Positions 1 through 12,790 of a stretch of 64,000 nucleotides of DNA are shown piece by piece; the first letter of the stretch is position 1; each line of letters starts with the position of its first letter. Location of the stretch: positions 434,001 to 498,000 of the forward strand of contig JBEWZL010000066.1 in the NCBI GenBank assembly GCA_045837725.1, written 5' to 3'. This DNA comes from Vermamoeba vermiformis (Eukaryota). The position numbers and the translations under genes were made by a program. The notes beneath the pieces are model-generated. The model made no database searches. It saw nothing but the letters and a program-made list of their open reading frames with translations, and had not been told where the DNA came from.

Positions 1-1926
1 GGAAAGCCCGCCGTCTACTTACATATTAGGATTGGCTAAGCCTCGAGGATGCTGTGGTAATGCGAACCAAAAGCCAACAGAACCACCAACAGCAACATTA
101 CCGACAAAGTTGTTCGAGGGATTGGTAATCCAGAACATCGAGGGCCTTTTTATAAATGACACGTTAGTTTGACATTTTAGACATCCAACAGGATTATTTC
201 GAAAAAGAAACGAAGTGTACGCGTGAAAAATTTCAAATTTGACACGTGTCACTTCGTGACATGTTTGTACAAGATGGACTTACCGAACATCGTGAGCTAA
301 TAAAGTATGAGGACGAGCGTGAATAGCCAAGTTGTAGATCAACGTGTTTTGCAGCTCATTGCCGTCTTCAATGAAGAAACAATGACCGGCACTGTTGTAC
401 GCGACGTTCCAGCTAACCATCACGTAGTTCACGCCGTGCAAAGTAATGCAGCGCTGAAAAGTGTCGTGAACACTGTTGTCTTTCACATAACTCTTCGAAT
501 GATTTCCGGCCACGTGGAAGTGGATCGGGTATCGTGCCAAAGTACCGTTTTGTCCCATATGAATGAACTCTGCACCACGAATACGAGCTTCAGTTTGCGG
601 CATAATCATTAGATGGCCTCCCCTATAGTACAAGACAAAATATTTTTAGCCGATTAGATTTCATAGGCTCAATAAAAAGTTGTTCGGAAGTATCGACTTG
701 AAAAGGAAAATTATTTTGAAATGTGTTCAAGGTGGAATATTAGCGTACCAGCCAATAGAACCCGAGTTTCCAGAAATGTCACCAATGACTTTGACATTTC
801 GTGTCAAAAGCCCGACTTCAGCACGCATTTCAATGACGCGATCGTTGACTTGCCAAGTTTGGCCCCAATGCATGTATTGAAGTGTTTCATTTAACACCAC
901 AACATTACTATATCAATATACAAAACGATTAGTATAATCAAATATCATTATTGAAAGAGAATTCGGTAAAGTTTTGAAATCACTTTCGGTCGCGGGATCC
1001 AATTGCCGCGGAGGCAATATATTCACATCAAAACCGTTCACAGAAGTAAAATACCGTTTGAAAAGTCATAAAAATTATATAACAAGCTTATCAAGTTTAA
1101 GTCAAATTACCTCGCAGGTTTTTCAACGATGGTCCTTCGCTCGTGTTGGTGTCTGTCTGAGTACTCGAAGTCAGTGCTGGCAATAACAATTTCATCGCCT
1201 ATTTGCCACTTCACAGCTTCTAACAGCGTAAGTCGGTCGCTGCCTTTGACAGCAGTTTCACCGAGTCGCGTCCAAGTGGGCTTGTGAACGGATCCGTGAA
1301 TGTCCAACTGAGTGCCAGGATAGACTCCAAGAACTTAAAAAAATAATTTTTAATACATAGTTGTATATTAAGGAAACGTATATATAGTTATTTGGAGGTT
1401 TCTCAAGATCAAGAAGAAAATTGAATTCCGAATCTGCTTTACCTTTTGAGCCCATGCCTTCGAACGGCAAGTTACTCCAGTCTCCATGAAGGGTTATGAT
1501 AGCAGTGCTAGTATAATCGCAATCTTCGCTGCCTAAAGGTAGAATGTATGAGTAATTCGTTCATGAATCTGGATCCGCACTGTGTACTGCAAGGAATTTC
1601 TAGTGTTGAGTAAAAATAAGTAAAATTAATACTATACCTATCCATAAGTGACCTCCATTCATAAGATAGATGAAGTGTGCGTCGAGAGTCAGATTTCGTT
1701 CGTCAAAAATCAGCTCTCCTTCAATTTTCAAGTAGTGCATTAAAGGCGGGCTAACATCGAGTAAAATTGATGTGCCACTAGGGATAGTAATGTTTTGCAT
1801 CGTTTGTGTCGGTTTTTGATTCCATGCGGACCATTTTTGCAGTCCTGCACGTTGGTGAGGACAATCCGCATAGATCTTGAGAACAAAAACCGATAAAAAT
1901 ATAATAAAATATGCTTTGTGTTGCAT
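1..1926 (-). CDS. Secreted G8-domain / parallel beta-helix protein (fibrocystin-L/TMEM2-like); multi-exon, 3' end lies beyond the window start
   Basis: Signal peptide MQHKAYFIIFLSVFVLKIYA. G8-like exons (ITIPSGTSILLD..LKIEGELIF; WTRLGETA; WQIGDEIVIASTD; RAEVGLLTRNVKVIG). Motif GQNGTLARYPIHFH. PbH1-like segments RCITLHG, GHCFFIEDGNE and FWITNPSNNFVGNVAVGGS. Confidence 0.9.
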
Positions 1927-2398
1927 GATTATTTACAAAAACTGGTACTAACTACTTTTTGCGAGTTGAAATACTGGAGCGAATAGAAAAGATAATTTTA
2001 CGTTAGATTTCAGTCAAAAAGCTTGTTTCAGAATAACCGGTTCGATGAACAGAATGCAATAATAGTTAAATATTACCCGAGGGTTATTATAAGGCCGCTC
2101 GTCTGTGGATAAACGGACGCTATACATCATTTTGGATGCGCTCTTGATCTCGTTTGCTGCTTACTAACAATGCTGGATCCTCTGTTTAAATATTCGGTTT
2201 GAATTAATACGCAACGAGAACTTGCAAGATTTTGAAAAGTTCAGCTGTGTTTCTCTGATGGATTACTCTCTGAAAAGTGATGGACAACGCCGAAAAAAAT
2301 TTATAGCGCCGACCAGCTTCATTTTACTTCAATGATTCAGCGAAGTCAGACGTTGTACAATTAAATTATCGAAGATAATTCCCTGGTTAAGCATAACC

Positions 2399-2890
2399 AT
2401 GGACATTCCTTTTCAATCGCCTTGCTCCAAATGCTGGAATGAAAATGCTCTTCAGAACGGAAAGTTCGAGTTGAAAATACAACCGCCGTTCATGAAAAGC
2501 GGAACGGAAAGTTTAATTGCCCGAATTCAGAAAGAAGTTGCCGAAGAATTCAACGAGGAAAAGTTCACAAAGAAGGATATAAATAGCGAAGATTGTACTG
2601 ACGCTAAAGTTCCATCGCATCCGAAAATGCGTTACAACTGCTCAACGAACAAACTTAAGTCTATGCGTCAACCTTCTACGTGCCATTGTATACACTGTAA
2701 ACAGATTAAGAAGAGCAAAAACGCTATTGTAAGCGACTTTACGACGTGCCGAAGTAAATGCTGGCAAACAGGCCGATGCATTTGTGGCGCGAAAGTAAAG
2801 TGCTTAATTCGTGTAATGGAGAATACTAAGAAGAGGAGAGGTGCTGCTAAGGCAAGAAGAGTGATTTTAAAGAAAAAATTGAAGATCTGA
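2399..2890 (+). CDS. Hypothetical Cys-rich basic protein (intronless, 163 aa)
   Basis: ATG-initiated ORF with Cys clusters (CSKC; CHCIHC; CRSKCWQTGRCIC) and a Lys/Arg-rich tail. No family recognised. Confidence 0.55.
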   Translation: MDIPFQSPCSKCWNENALQNGKFELKIQPPFMKSGTESLIARIQKEVAEEFNEEKFTKKDINSEDCTDAKVPSHPKMRYNCSTNKLKSMRQPSTCHCIHCKQIKKSKNAIVSDFTTCRSKCWQTGRCICGAKVKCLIRVMENTKKRRGAAKARRVILKKKLKI

Positions 2891-3072
2891 AAGAGCGAAT
2901 GATTGATGGACAAGTACTGTACTTGTACATTAGAACAATTTTTGTATTATAAAATAGATACTATGGCAATATATTCTAGAATCTAATTAAAATTCGAAAT
3001 AATGCAATGCTCTTACTGCCGTCAAAAGGCTAAAAAAAGTATAATTAGGTGCATCTGACAAGGGTGCTGATT

Positions 3073-3610
3073 TTATTTATTTGGAGAATTAATTTTAGAA
3101 TACAATTCTGAAAATAATTTGCCTACCATTGTAGATAATAATTTACAATTGTCAAGCGAAATTAATTTTTTGCCATCTGCTAAAGGATAATCTTTTCCAA
3201 AACTCGGGTCCATAGACTCGTAATTATCTATAATAATTTTACCAGGCGGGTATCTAAATAATACGTGCACGTGTGGGTGTAAGGGTTCTGGATGTGCTGA
3301 ACTACAATGTAGGTTGCCTTCAATTCTGTAATTAACGAGCGAGGCTTGCATATTTTCAACGGCTAATTGTCCTATTATTGACATAGCATCGTTATAAGCA
3401 ATTTGATAGGCTCTGGGCATCTGATGAAAATGAAGACCAAAGATCTGAGCATCTGGTGATGAAACTATGAAGCGAGGCACGCGCTGATCGGTAGGATTTA
3501 ATATGATTTTAATTGTTATGCCATTAATTGGTCCTTCCCAAACCCGGATGTGTTCTGGTTCTTCGGCTTAAAGTTTTGAGAGTAAAATGCTTTGTGGCTT
3601 GTTGTTCCAT
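3073..3610 (-). CDS. Hypothetical protein with HPHVHVLF motif; 5' end uncertain (apparent +1 frame break near 3570)
   Basis: Open frame from about 3567 to 3073 (AEEPEHIRVWEGPINGITIKIILNPTDQRVPRFIV...). The nearest ATG (3610, MEQQATKHFTLKTL) is one base out of frame. Confidence 0.5.
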
Positions 3611-3726
3611 TTGAAAATCAAATTCAAAATAAACAACAACCTAAATTATCTTTTATGAGGGACAATGGAGGGACAATAAGAAGGACTCATTGAACTTCCA
3701 GATCTTCACCATTTTTATTTTTAGTT

Positions 3727-5094
3727 TTACAAGTTTGAGTCGTTTAAGTAATTCCTTCGTATTTCCAATATTGAATCGTGATCTGCAACGCGCATAAACG
3801 ATCCGATAGAGTAATACAACATTTCCAACTTCGGCAAGAACGTGACTAGACTGGCAATCGTTGACATGGACAGTAATTCGTTGCGCGTCATGTCGAGCAA
3901 TTTTAACGATGAAAAACGCGTTAATTGCATCGTAGTGTCTTGATCGACCTTTTTCAGGCCCGATATAATCAACTGGGACAGATCTGGTGGTGCCTGACTC
4001 ATCGCTAAGGCTTTGATGCCGGATCCGGTCACAGCAGTGTGCGCTATATTTAGATCTCGCAAATTCTCCGATTTTGATAAATGTCCGACAGCGATATCAG
4101 AAATTTCATCGCAGTAGGACAGATCTAGCTGCTTGATCTTCGGAAATTTGGAGGTGATAATGATCGCTGCTTCATCTGTCAATCGAAAACATCCCGATAA
4201 GGAAAGACTTTCCAAATTAGGACAACAGACTGTCATACTAGCGATAAAATCATCGGTGACGCGGGTGCATCCATTCAAACTGACAGATTTTATCGATCTT
4301 GATACTCGTTCACTGAAATAATTGTCGTTGAGCCACGTGTTTTGGCTGAGATCGAGATTTTCCAAATAAGGCAACTTCAAGATCGCGTCGAGCAAGTCTG
4401 TAGAATTGCCCAAATTTGAGCACTGCGATAGAACGAGCGTGTTTATGGCTCTATAATTATTTATAATGCCATTTAAATATCTTCCATCAATATTGTTGCA
4501 TTTGATTAATTGCAAACGGCGCAGTCTTTTGGGATCGCACTTGGACAAAGCCAGATCGAGCTGCTTATTTGATATATTTTCGATTACTCGCTCACCTATA
4601 AAAGTGAGGTCTATTAGACCATACCAATATCGTCCGTAGTACCACCACTTATTCGTGAGAGCCAATCTGGTTTAAGACAATTAAATTTAGAAAAACTATT
4701 GTTAACCGGCCACCCCCGAAATGTATATGAAATATAACATTATAGCCCCGCCAGCGCCAAGACGTGGCACGTTTTATGAAATCAGCTGTAAGTAATAGTA
4801 TTAATTTATTTTATTTATCCTATTAATTTTATTGCATACTAATACGTAAGCTAACTATGTATTAAATTTATTTATTTATCACGCGGTGAATTTGTTAAAA
4901 GATAAAAAAATTATTGGCAGGGCTCGAACGTACCTCACGACTTGGGTATAAGTTAAATGTGAAACTATAATACAGATCATATCCATTGGTAGGTCAATGA
5001 AAGCGAGCGGGTTGTCAGACGACTCGTCGATCTTGGCTCGTTTTACGCTTACACTAACGAGATCTTGGTCGTCACTTTCGTAGCTGCGCTTCAT
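3727..5094 (-). CDS. F-box/leucine-rich repeat protein (FBXL-like)
   Basis: Exon 1 has the F-box FIDLPMDMICIIVSHL. Exon 2 has Cys-containing LRRs (LESLSLSGCFRLTD, IKQLDLSYCDEISD). Confidence 0.92.
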
Positions 5095-5211
5095 GTTGGC
5101 TCATAAAAATAATCGTAATAACAATTAATTGTTGGTTTTATGACAAATCTCAAATTGAAAAGTATCGTCTTTTTCGTCAACAAACAAGACGGAAGAACCC
5201 CAAAAAAATTC

Positions 5212-6474
5212 CTACAAACCATTAGCAGCTTTGTAAGCTTGGAGATAAGTATCAATTTCTTCAATGAATCCTATGTGACGCACTGTCCATCCTAAAACAC
5301 GTGTGGCTTTGAACGAAGACGAGACTTGATAAACATCCATAAATTTTTCAAAGTCGTTACTAGCGGCTCTGAACCCTGGTTTGCCAGTGAATCCTGCGGC
5401 CTTTGCAGCGGTCATATATACCTTGATTGAATGTTAGTAATGGAAAGAACAGTAAAAGTAAGCTTTCGTACTTCTTCATTCGTTGGATGTGAGTTGTCAT
5501 TGATGTTGAAGATTTGACCATCAACAATATTAACAGGTGCTTCAACTACGCGTCGATAAGCATCGGCAAGGTCAGCAATATGAATGTACGACGACCTAAA
5601 AGAACAATAAGGATTTTTTCCGTCTGTCATTTTTACACCTACTTGTTTTGGTGGTTGCCAACGAGTGTCACGTGACCTTTCAAAGCATTACCGAACACCA
5701 AGTGACCGAAGCTGCCGGGCATATATTAGTCATCGCCTAATGAGATGGTTTTGATCACTTACTGTCCAGAGCTATTGCCGTAAACCCAGCCAGGTCGGAT
5801 GATAACTCCTCGCACGAGTGAGGAATGAACCAACTTTTGCTCGAATTCATAGCGAGCCTTAGCCCAGGGATGGGCGTTAGGAGCAATAGGCGAGTCCTCG
5901 TCCAAGACTTTGCCAGGCTGATCGCCGTAAACTCCGCCTGAAGTGTACACAAACGTCTTTGATTTGGGTGATCTAAACGAGTTGTCAGCAACGAAATTTC
6001 ATCAAGGTTGATAACTTTGCAGGATATCAAATTGAAACTTTACTGAACTCATGCATTAATATGAAAGATTACGTACTTTTCAGAGGCTTTTTCAATGACT
6101 TCGAGTAAGGTTGGTACGACTCTCAGATCTCCCGTGGCATCAATTATGTAGCTCGCTTTTGCAACTGCGTCTTTATAAGAGGCAGGATTTTTTAAATCTC
6201 TAATTAATTATTAGAAACATATTGGGTTGCTTTAAAGCCTTACCCTTCAATTACTTGTACTTCTTGTTTTAATAGATCCGCTGCTTTGTTTGCTGACCGA
6301 ACCAAAATTGATACTCGGAAACCAGCTTGCCTATAGAAATAATAGGTTATTAGCATATTCTTGCAATCTTTCGGTAGGGAGCTCCCTACCGAAGATCTGA
6401 AAATGTTTTTACCTTAAAGTGATTGCCACAGCGCTGCCAATGTATCCAGCGCCAGCAACAAATACGTGCTCCAT
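5212..6474 (-). CDS. NAD-dependent epimerase/dehydratase family (extended/atypical SDR)
   Basis: N-terminus MEHVFVAGAGYIGSAVA (Rossmann Gly motif). Also FVYTSGGVYG, IIRPGWVYG, SYIHIADLADAY and GQIFNI. Several introns. Confidence 0.88.
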
Positions 6475-6735
6475 TATTTATAAATAGTTCTGACTAATCT
6501 ATTGTTCTATCGAGGCTTGCAATGATTTTTAGTTATGCTGTCCTCCAAGATTTTGTACACATTCCTTCGCCGTGAATTTCGCAGAAAATAAGCCAATAAA
6601 CCATATTGCCGTACCTAAAGAGACCTTCTCGATGGTTCATGAACAAGATCCGGCAATTAAATTTTGCGGCCAAAATTTACCCTGTTGGACGGATCCAGAA
6701 ATGATTTCAAGTATGAAGATTATTTTAATAGTACC

Positions 6736-8875
6736 TTAGTACTTGAATATTTGGGCCCACCACTTTGGAACAATAACATACAATCCATCTTGTCGGATCT
6801 GATTTGTGTCTCGTTCGTATTTCTCGTCTAATAACAATTGGTTAATATTACACGTATTAAATTTAAATTGTTTATGCTTACTCGATAATAAATCTACTAA
6901 TTGCAGCTTCGCACCGGCATTTTCCAAATAAGGCAAGTTAATTTTGCCTTGACCTTCCTCGTCACTAGAAAAATTGTTAGTTACGAAACTACTGGCCTAT
7001 GATGTACGTACGAATAATTTAATACGCATAATCTCCGTTCATTTTTGTACATCCAAGTCCAAGCCAGTAATCTCCAACAAGTATCTAAAAAAAGATCCCG
7101 GGTTAGATCGACCAAAGAAATTTCGTGGTATTGTCGCGTACCTGATCCATATACAGGTTGAATGGACCACTCTCCGTGAACGAATACTTCATGCGTTGTT
7201 ATTGGCAACAGTTTTTTGTACAAATCTTCCACGTAGTCAACCGATGGCTCGGGGTTGCCGCGTCTAATGCACATTTAGTGATTAATTCATTTGACTCTCA
7301 ATTGTACATACCTCATGTGGACGCCTAGTCTATTTCTATATCCATTCATTTGGCCCATGAAATAAAATCTCAAGCCAGGCAAAGTCATGCAAAGTAGTGC
7401 CGCTGCATTGGCTCGCCACGGGGATCCGAAAACATGTACAGCTCTAGCCTCGTCGTGATTTTCAACAACTTTAAATATAATAAGTAAGAAATAATATATA
7501 TAATCGTCATGCAATAGGTCTTACATCGAGCTGAGTGTTGGTGGTAAAATCCATTGTCGCGTGCTTTGTCGGACAAGAAGCCGCGAATATGATCCAAATG
7601 GCCGTGCACTAACAAATCGTACAATTTTTTATCGTAAGTCCAGTCAAATCCAATGCGTTGAAGAATTTCCTATGCAAATTACGATTATTTTAAGTTCAAT
7701 AAAAATACCTTTCGGGATTTGGCTTACTGTCCACGGGTCATAAACTTCAGCTAAGAATTGTACATTCGGGTATAATTTCTTTACGTGTCTAAATGCTTCT
7801 ACCCAAAACTCTTCTGGTAGCCGAGTGAATCCGTTGTTGCGCAAAAAGTCTCCGATCCAGTTCTACAATAACAATTAGAATCTATCGAAATTTGACAATG
7901 ACTTACGTGTTCGATAAAATCGTTCAATATTAAGTGAGCCATATCGCAGCGAATCATGTCTGCGCAAGAACAGATCCGCAAAATATTTTCAATTTGAGCT
8001 TTACGGAGTTCAGTACTGTTTTGATAGGCAAATTAATATTATAATCGTATTAACATAGGTCCATTTTAGCTTACTTCCAATAGTTTAATTGACCTGTATC
8101 CCTAACAGAAAAACAATTAAATTCGCGCGTTCAAAAATCGTTGTCGGTCACGTACTTCCAGTCACCGGGGTTAAATCCTCCGTATATAATTCCGTTGGAT
8201 AAGCCTACATTTGGATGTACGGGGGCACCTGCTTTGGATCTTGCGTACCTATTGGAAGATAAAATGATATGAGTTTGCGCAGATCGAGCTGAAAGTGTGC
8301 GGATCGTACCAGTCAGGGTGAGCTTGAGTCCAGGCACAATCAACGGCGGTATGATTCGGAACGAAATCAAGCATTAATTTAATGCCTATATCGTTCAATT
8401 TCTTTTTTAATCGCTTGAGGTCATCGTCAGATCCAAGTTCTGGGTTGCACGTGTATTCGACAACGGCATACGGAGAGCCTTTGCATATCGTTAAATATTG
8501 TATAAATAATAATGCAATTATATGATAGTACCTATAATGTCAACTTTAGTCGCCCAAGAATGTTCTCGAAGTAGATTTGAGTTTCGGTCAAAATTTAATC
8601 CGTATTGGCCTATCAATAAGAAATTACGATTAATAATATGACCTTTAGAAATATTACAACGATTCCGCGACGCCGTTAATCTTACCAAGTTTCCAGACGC
8701 CCATCAGCCACACGATCGAAAATCCTTGTTCTTTAATCAGCTCAAATTCTTCATCAGGAATTTCTTCTAATTTCGTTATATTTTTTTTGTATTTTTGAGA
8801 CAATGAATAAAGCCAAGGACGAGCGGGAAGTTCGAGCATTGACTCAAACAAATATCCTGTAGCTGGTCTCATCAT
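6736..8875 (-). CDS. Alpha-amylase family (GH13) glycoside hydrolase, no signal peptide
   Basis: GFSIVWLMGVW, GSPYAVVEYTCNPELG, LDFVPNHTAVD (region I), IRCDMAHL (region II), FLAEVY (region III), VENHDEARA (region IV). C-terminus GLYVIVPKWWAQIFKY*. Confidence 0.9.
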
Positions 8876-9065
8876 TAGAAGCTTAAAATGAATGGCTTCT
8901 TCTAGTATTATGAATAATACTAGTACTAATTGTGGAGGAGACAAGGATTGATCAGATCAAAAAGGTAAAAAGTGACCGTTTTCTTTTTTCTCTTTTGAAA
9001 CTCAAATAACGAGCAACAAAGCAACTTCGTGATTTATATCACATGCACATAGTATTATTTTGAAT

Positions 9066-12000
9066 ATGTCGAAAAGGACTGCTGCCGAGATCGGCCTGGA
9101 AGACGAAAGATCAGCTAAAAAACACAAATCAATTAGCTCGGCAAAACAAACGGAAACAAATAATGCATTCGACTTATCAAATGATATTATCCAAAATATT
9201 TTTATTCATTGTTATCTTGAAGAAATAGGTAATTAATTAATTTAATTTGTTTAGCCCTTCGCATAATCTTTCTTTATTGTCAATTGGCTACCTATACAAA
9301 TCAAATATTTAATACATATTTTAGGCAAAATAAGCCAAGTTTGTCGACAGTGGGCAGACGTGATCCGCAGACAAGATTTTTGGAAGGACTTGGTGATCCA
9401 GCACTACGGAAATAATATAGTGCCGCTGTGAGCATTATCAAAATTCGGAGAGATATTACCTGATACGAGCCAATACTTATTACCTACCCTTCCACGTACG
9501 CTATCCCGCGATCCATTTTTTTTTTGCCTAACTTTTTACTGTAGAGGTAAAAAGAAAATGTGGGAATTTTATTGTATTTTTTTTTTTTTTGGGTTTAATT
9601 TTTTTTTTTAATAAATTTTTGGATATATTGAAGCTTTTAAAGAATCAGCCATCAGTCAAAGCCAGAACAGAAATGATGTATGTGTGCCGATCAACTTGTC
9701 GAGATGCTTTGGTCCACAATGTCTGGTCATTACCAATGGACAGTGATATTTTCACGAAAACTTTGCAAGAATTAGCTGAAACAAAGTACTTCTTACATTG
9801 CTTAGCATCAGCACAAAAAGAGATCTCCACCACCAAGAAACAAAACAATGAAAACATCAATGAAGAAGTTGTAGTTGATAATATGAAGGCTCCTAATAAC
9901 ATTCATGACAAGGAAGAGCTATTGGGTAATATGCTCTATCTCCAACCAACCCGTCCTTGGCCATTAGTACCCACAGAGTCAACGCTAACAGGAGGTAATT
10001 AAATTAATGAAAAGAAATACTAGTGTTTTTTTCCTAATATTTTAAATTTGTTTGAACAGAAGCATTCAACATTCTGCACAAATTCATTTACACACGTTAT
10101 TTTGATACCAAAGATCTACAAATGAAGTGTATCATAATAGAAATGTATCAAGAGGCAAGTAGATTGTACACTAGCGCTACAGAACAACTGCTGACGTAAG
10201 TACCTGGATCTGATGTTTTTAAATTGCCTAATGCATTTACTTTAAGAATTGCATTTGATGCTGCAAAAATGTATAAGAAGAACGTAGAGCTGAGTTTTGC
10301 AGGCTATTCATTGCTGATTCGAATGTTCCATGAAAAACTCATCCAGAACATATCTGATGATGTCATGCAGCAAATATTTTGCATTTTGAGTGATGGACTT
10401 GCTCGATTTGGTGGAAGCAGGTACATTCCAATATAGAATACATTTATCACTAAAAATAACCTTGTATTAGTCGGCTGTTTTGTTTGCAAGCCATCTGTCG
10501 ACTGATTAACAATGCAAATCACTCATATAATCAATGATCAACAATTAGAGCTGTTGAACAAAAATGTTTTGGCACTACTGAAGCAGCCTGCAAAATTATT
10601 TTCATCAGAACTCAGTACTAATCTTTGGACTCTCAATTTTACATCTAATTTGTCAATTTCATTTGGCATTCGCATGAGAAAGGTAAGTCAAAGTTTCAGC
10701 TCAAACTAATTTTAAATCTTATCAATTTTATTTTGCCATTCACTGAAACTCATGGCCTTTATTTCTCTAGTATATATCATTGTATAAAGAAGCTATTCTT
10801 CAACTAGCAAAGTCAGAATTGAGAAATAATCCACAAACTGGCAAACCATTCGTATCTCGTGCTGAGATCTTAGCCTTTTATTATTATCTTGCAGTGGAAC
10901 TTAGTATGTATAAGCATAATCTCCTATAATCTAATTTTAAATGATTAATATTAATTATGAAAATTTAGCCAAGGAAATAGGTGGTGAATACATTACTGCT
11001 GAAGTCAAAGAATTTTCAAACACAGTTATTAATAATGGGTTTGGCCTTTCTTTGAGTGAAGCAGATATTGCCGAATTTAGCGCATACGCTTGCAATGCCA
11101 TTTATTATGGAGGACTATGTGATGATCCTGAAAAAGCTTCAAACTTCATCAGAACTCTGTTGACTGAGTTTGATCCAGACATCTTAGCCTATGGAGTTAG
11201 TTTTATTCATGACCAATGTGATTATACATCTGAATTGCCTAGTTACATTCCAAACAATATGAAAGAGTCTGAAGAATCAATACAACAGTTCAATGAACAA
11301 AAGAAGTCTTGGTTCCAAAAACAAAGTACATTAATTCAGCAATGTTTTACTTTCAAAGACTCGTGGGAACAATTAATGGAAGATTACAATGATTATCCTG
11401 AGGATCATCTTGATGAAGAAGCATTGGAAAAAATTACAAAGACAAATGTTAATCCTAATAGGAGACATGAAGGAATGTACTATTCAACAAGAGAGGTAAT
11501 TAATTATTTTCAAAACATATTTGTCTTTTCAACAAGATAGATTAGTACATCTTTATATTAACTGTACTTGCTTTTAGCTCTGCAGCAAGCCTCAACAGAC
11601 TAATATTGTCTCCTTATTGACAGAGATATTCAAACAAGAAGATGGCAAAAAATTCCTTGAATTTGCTCAGCCCACACTGCACATTATTCTGGCAAATATT
11701 CGAGCAAATGGTGCACTTCAATACTGTGGAGCAATTCTCAATTTATATGAATTGTTGGAGCCCCAATTAAGCCCTGTCGATCAACGCTACTACTTGGAAA
11801 TAATTATGCACAGCATTTACAAGAAAAGAAAATTCATGACCCATGAAGATGTTGAACCTTGCCAAGCAATTCAAGAAAAAGTAAGGATTACATACAAAAG
11901 GTTCATATACAAATTAACATTTTTAGGTGCTTCAATGCATTGAAAAATACAATGAATGCCACCCAGCTTTAATCTGCGATCAATTGCGAATGGCCAAATT

Positions 12001-12736
12001 TTATTCACATAAACAAGGTTATTCCTTGAAATCAAGATTGGTAAGAACACCGTTAATGTTGGACCATTAAATAATTTATTTATTTTTAAAACAACAGCTC
12101 TATGGAACTTGGAAAAGAGTCTTAGCAGCAAGTCCAAGAAAAACCTTAGCTGTGGTCGAATGCTCAAGATCCATTATATCTTTGGATAAATTAGTGAGTA
12201 AATATTTACTGTCTAACAGATTGATTAAGTATGTTAATTACAGGCAGCTTGGGAAGAAAAAACATTGATTTTTGCTTCAATTGGCTTTCATTTTGGTGTT
12301 AGATTGGTGAAACGAGGTAACCTCCATCCCATTAATATTGACCAATTATGGTTATTTTGAATCCATGGCTTAAACAAACTAATTGAATCTGGAATTATTA
12401 GTACATGCGCTTGAACATAAATGCCAGCAGCTGATTCAATTGTTGAAGACTGATAGTGAAGCAGACAAGGAAGAAATTGAGTTAGTAGAACGATTTTTAA
12501 TTCTGAAGGAAGTCGCACGCCTTGACTCCAAGACACGTGATTTGTGCTTATTCAATGCACCGTTCAATGAACATGAAAAGGCTTTTCTTCGTGCAATCCG
12601 CCACACTGAATTTGACTTGGGCGATGAGTTGAATGCGCGCGCAAAAGAATTCAATTCGCTGGCAGAATTTTTCAGAATATCGACAGACTTGCCGCAAGAC
12701 CAAAATAACTCTCGCTCATGGTGTGCAATCAGTTAA
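9066..12736 (+). CDS. Large multi-exon protein with an N-terminal F-box and a probably helical body
   Basis: MSKRTAAEIG...AFDLSNDIIQNIFIHCYLEEIG|KISQVCRQWADVIRRQDFWKDL is an F-box split by an intron. Successive + strand exons follow to the stop at 12736. Some internal splice sites are uncertain. Confidence 0.75.
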
Positions 12737-12790
12737 TAAGCACTAATAAAACATACTTATTTAGGGCATTTATTACAATCAATTAATAGC

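Noticed and set aside
9575-9612. Poly-T tracts as terminator or retro-insertion tail
   Set aside because: They lie within an intron of the F-box gene, with no target-site duplication or element features.
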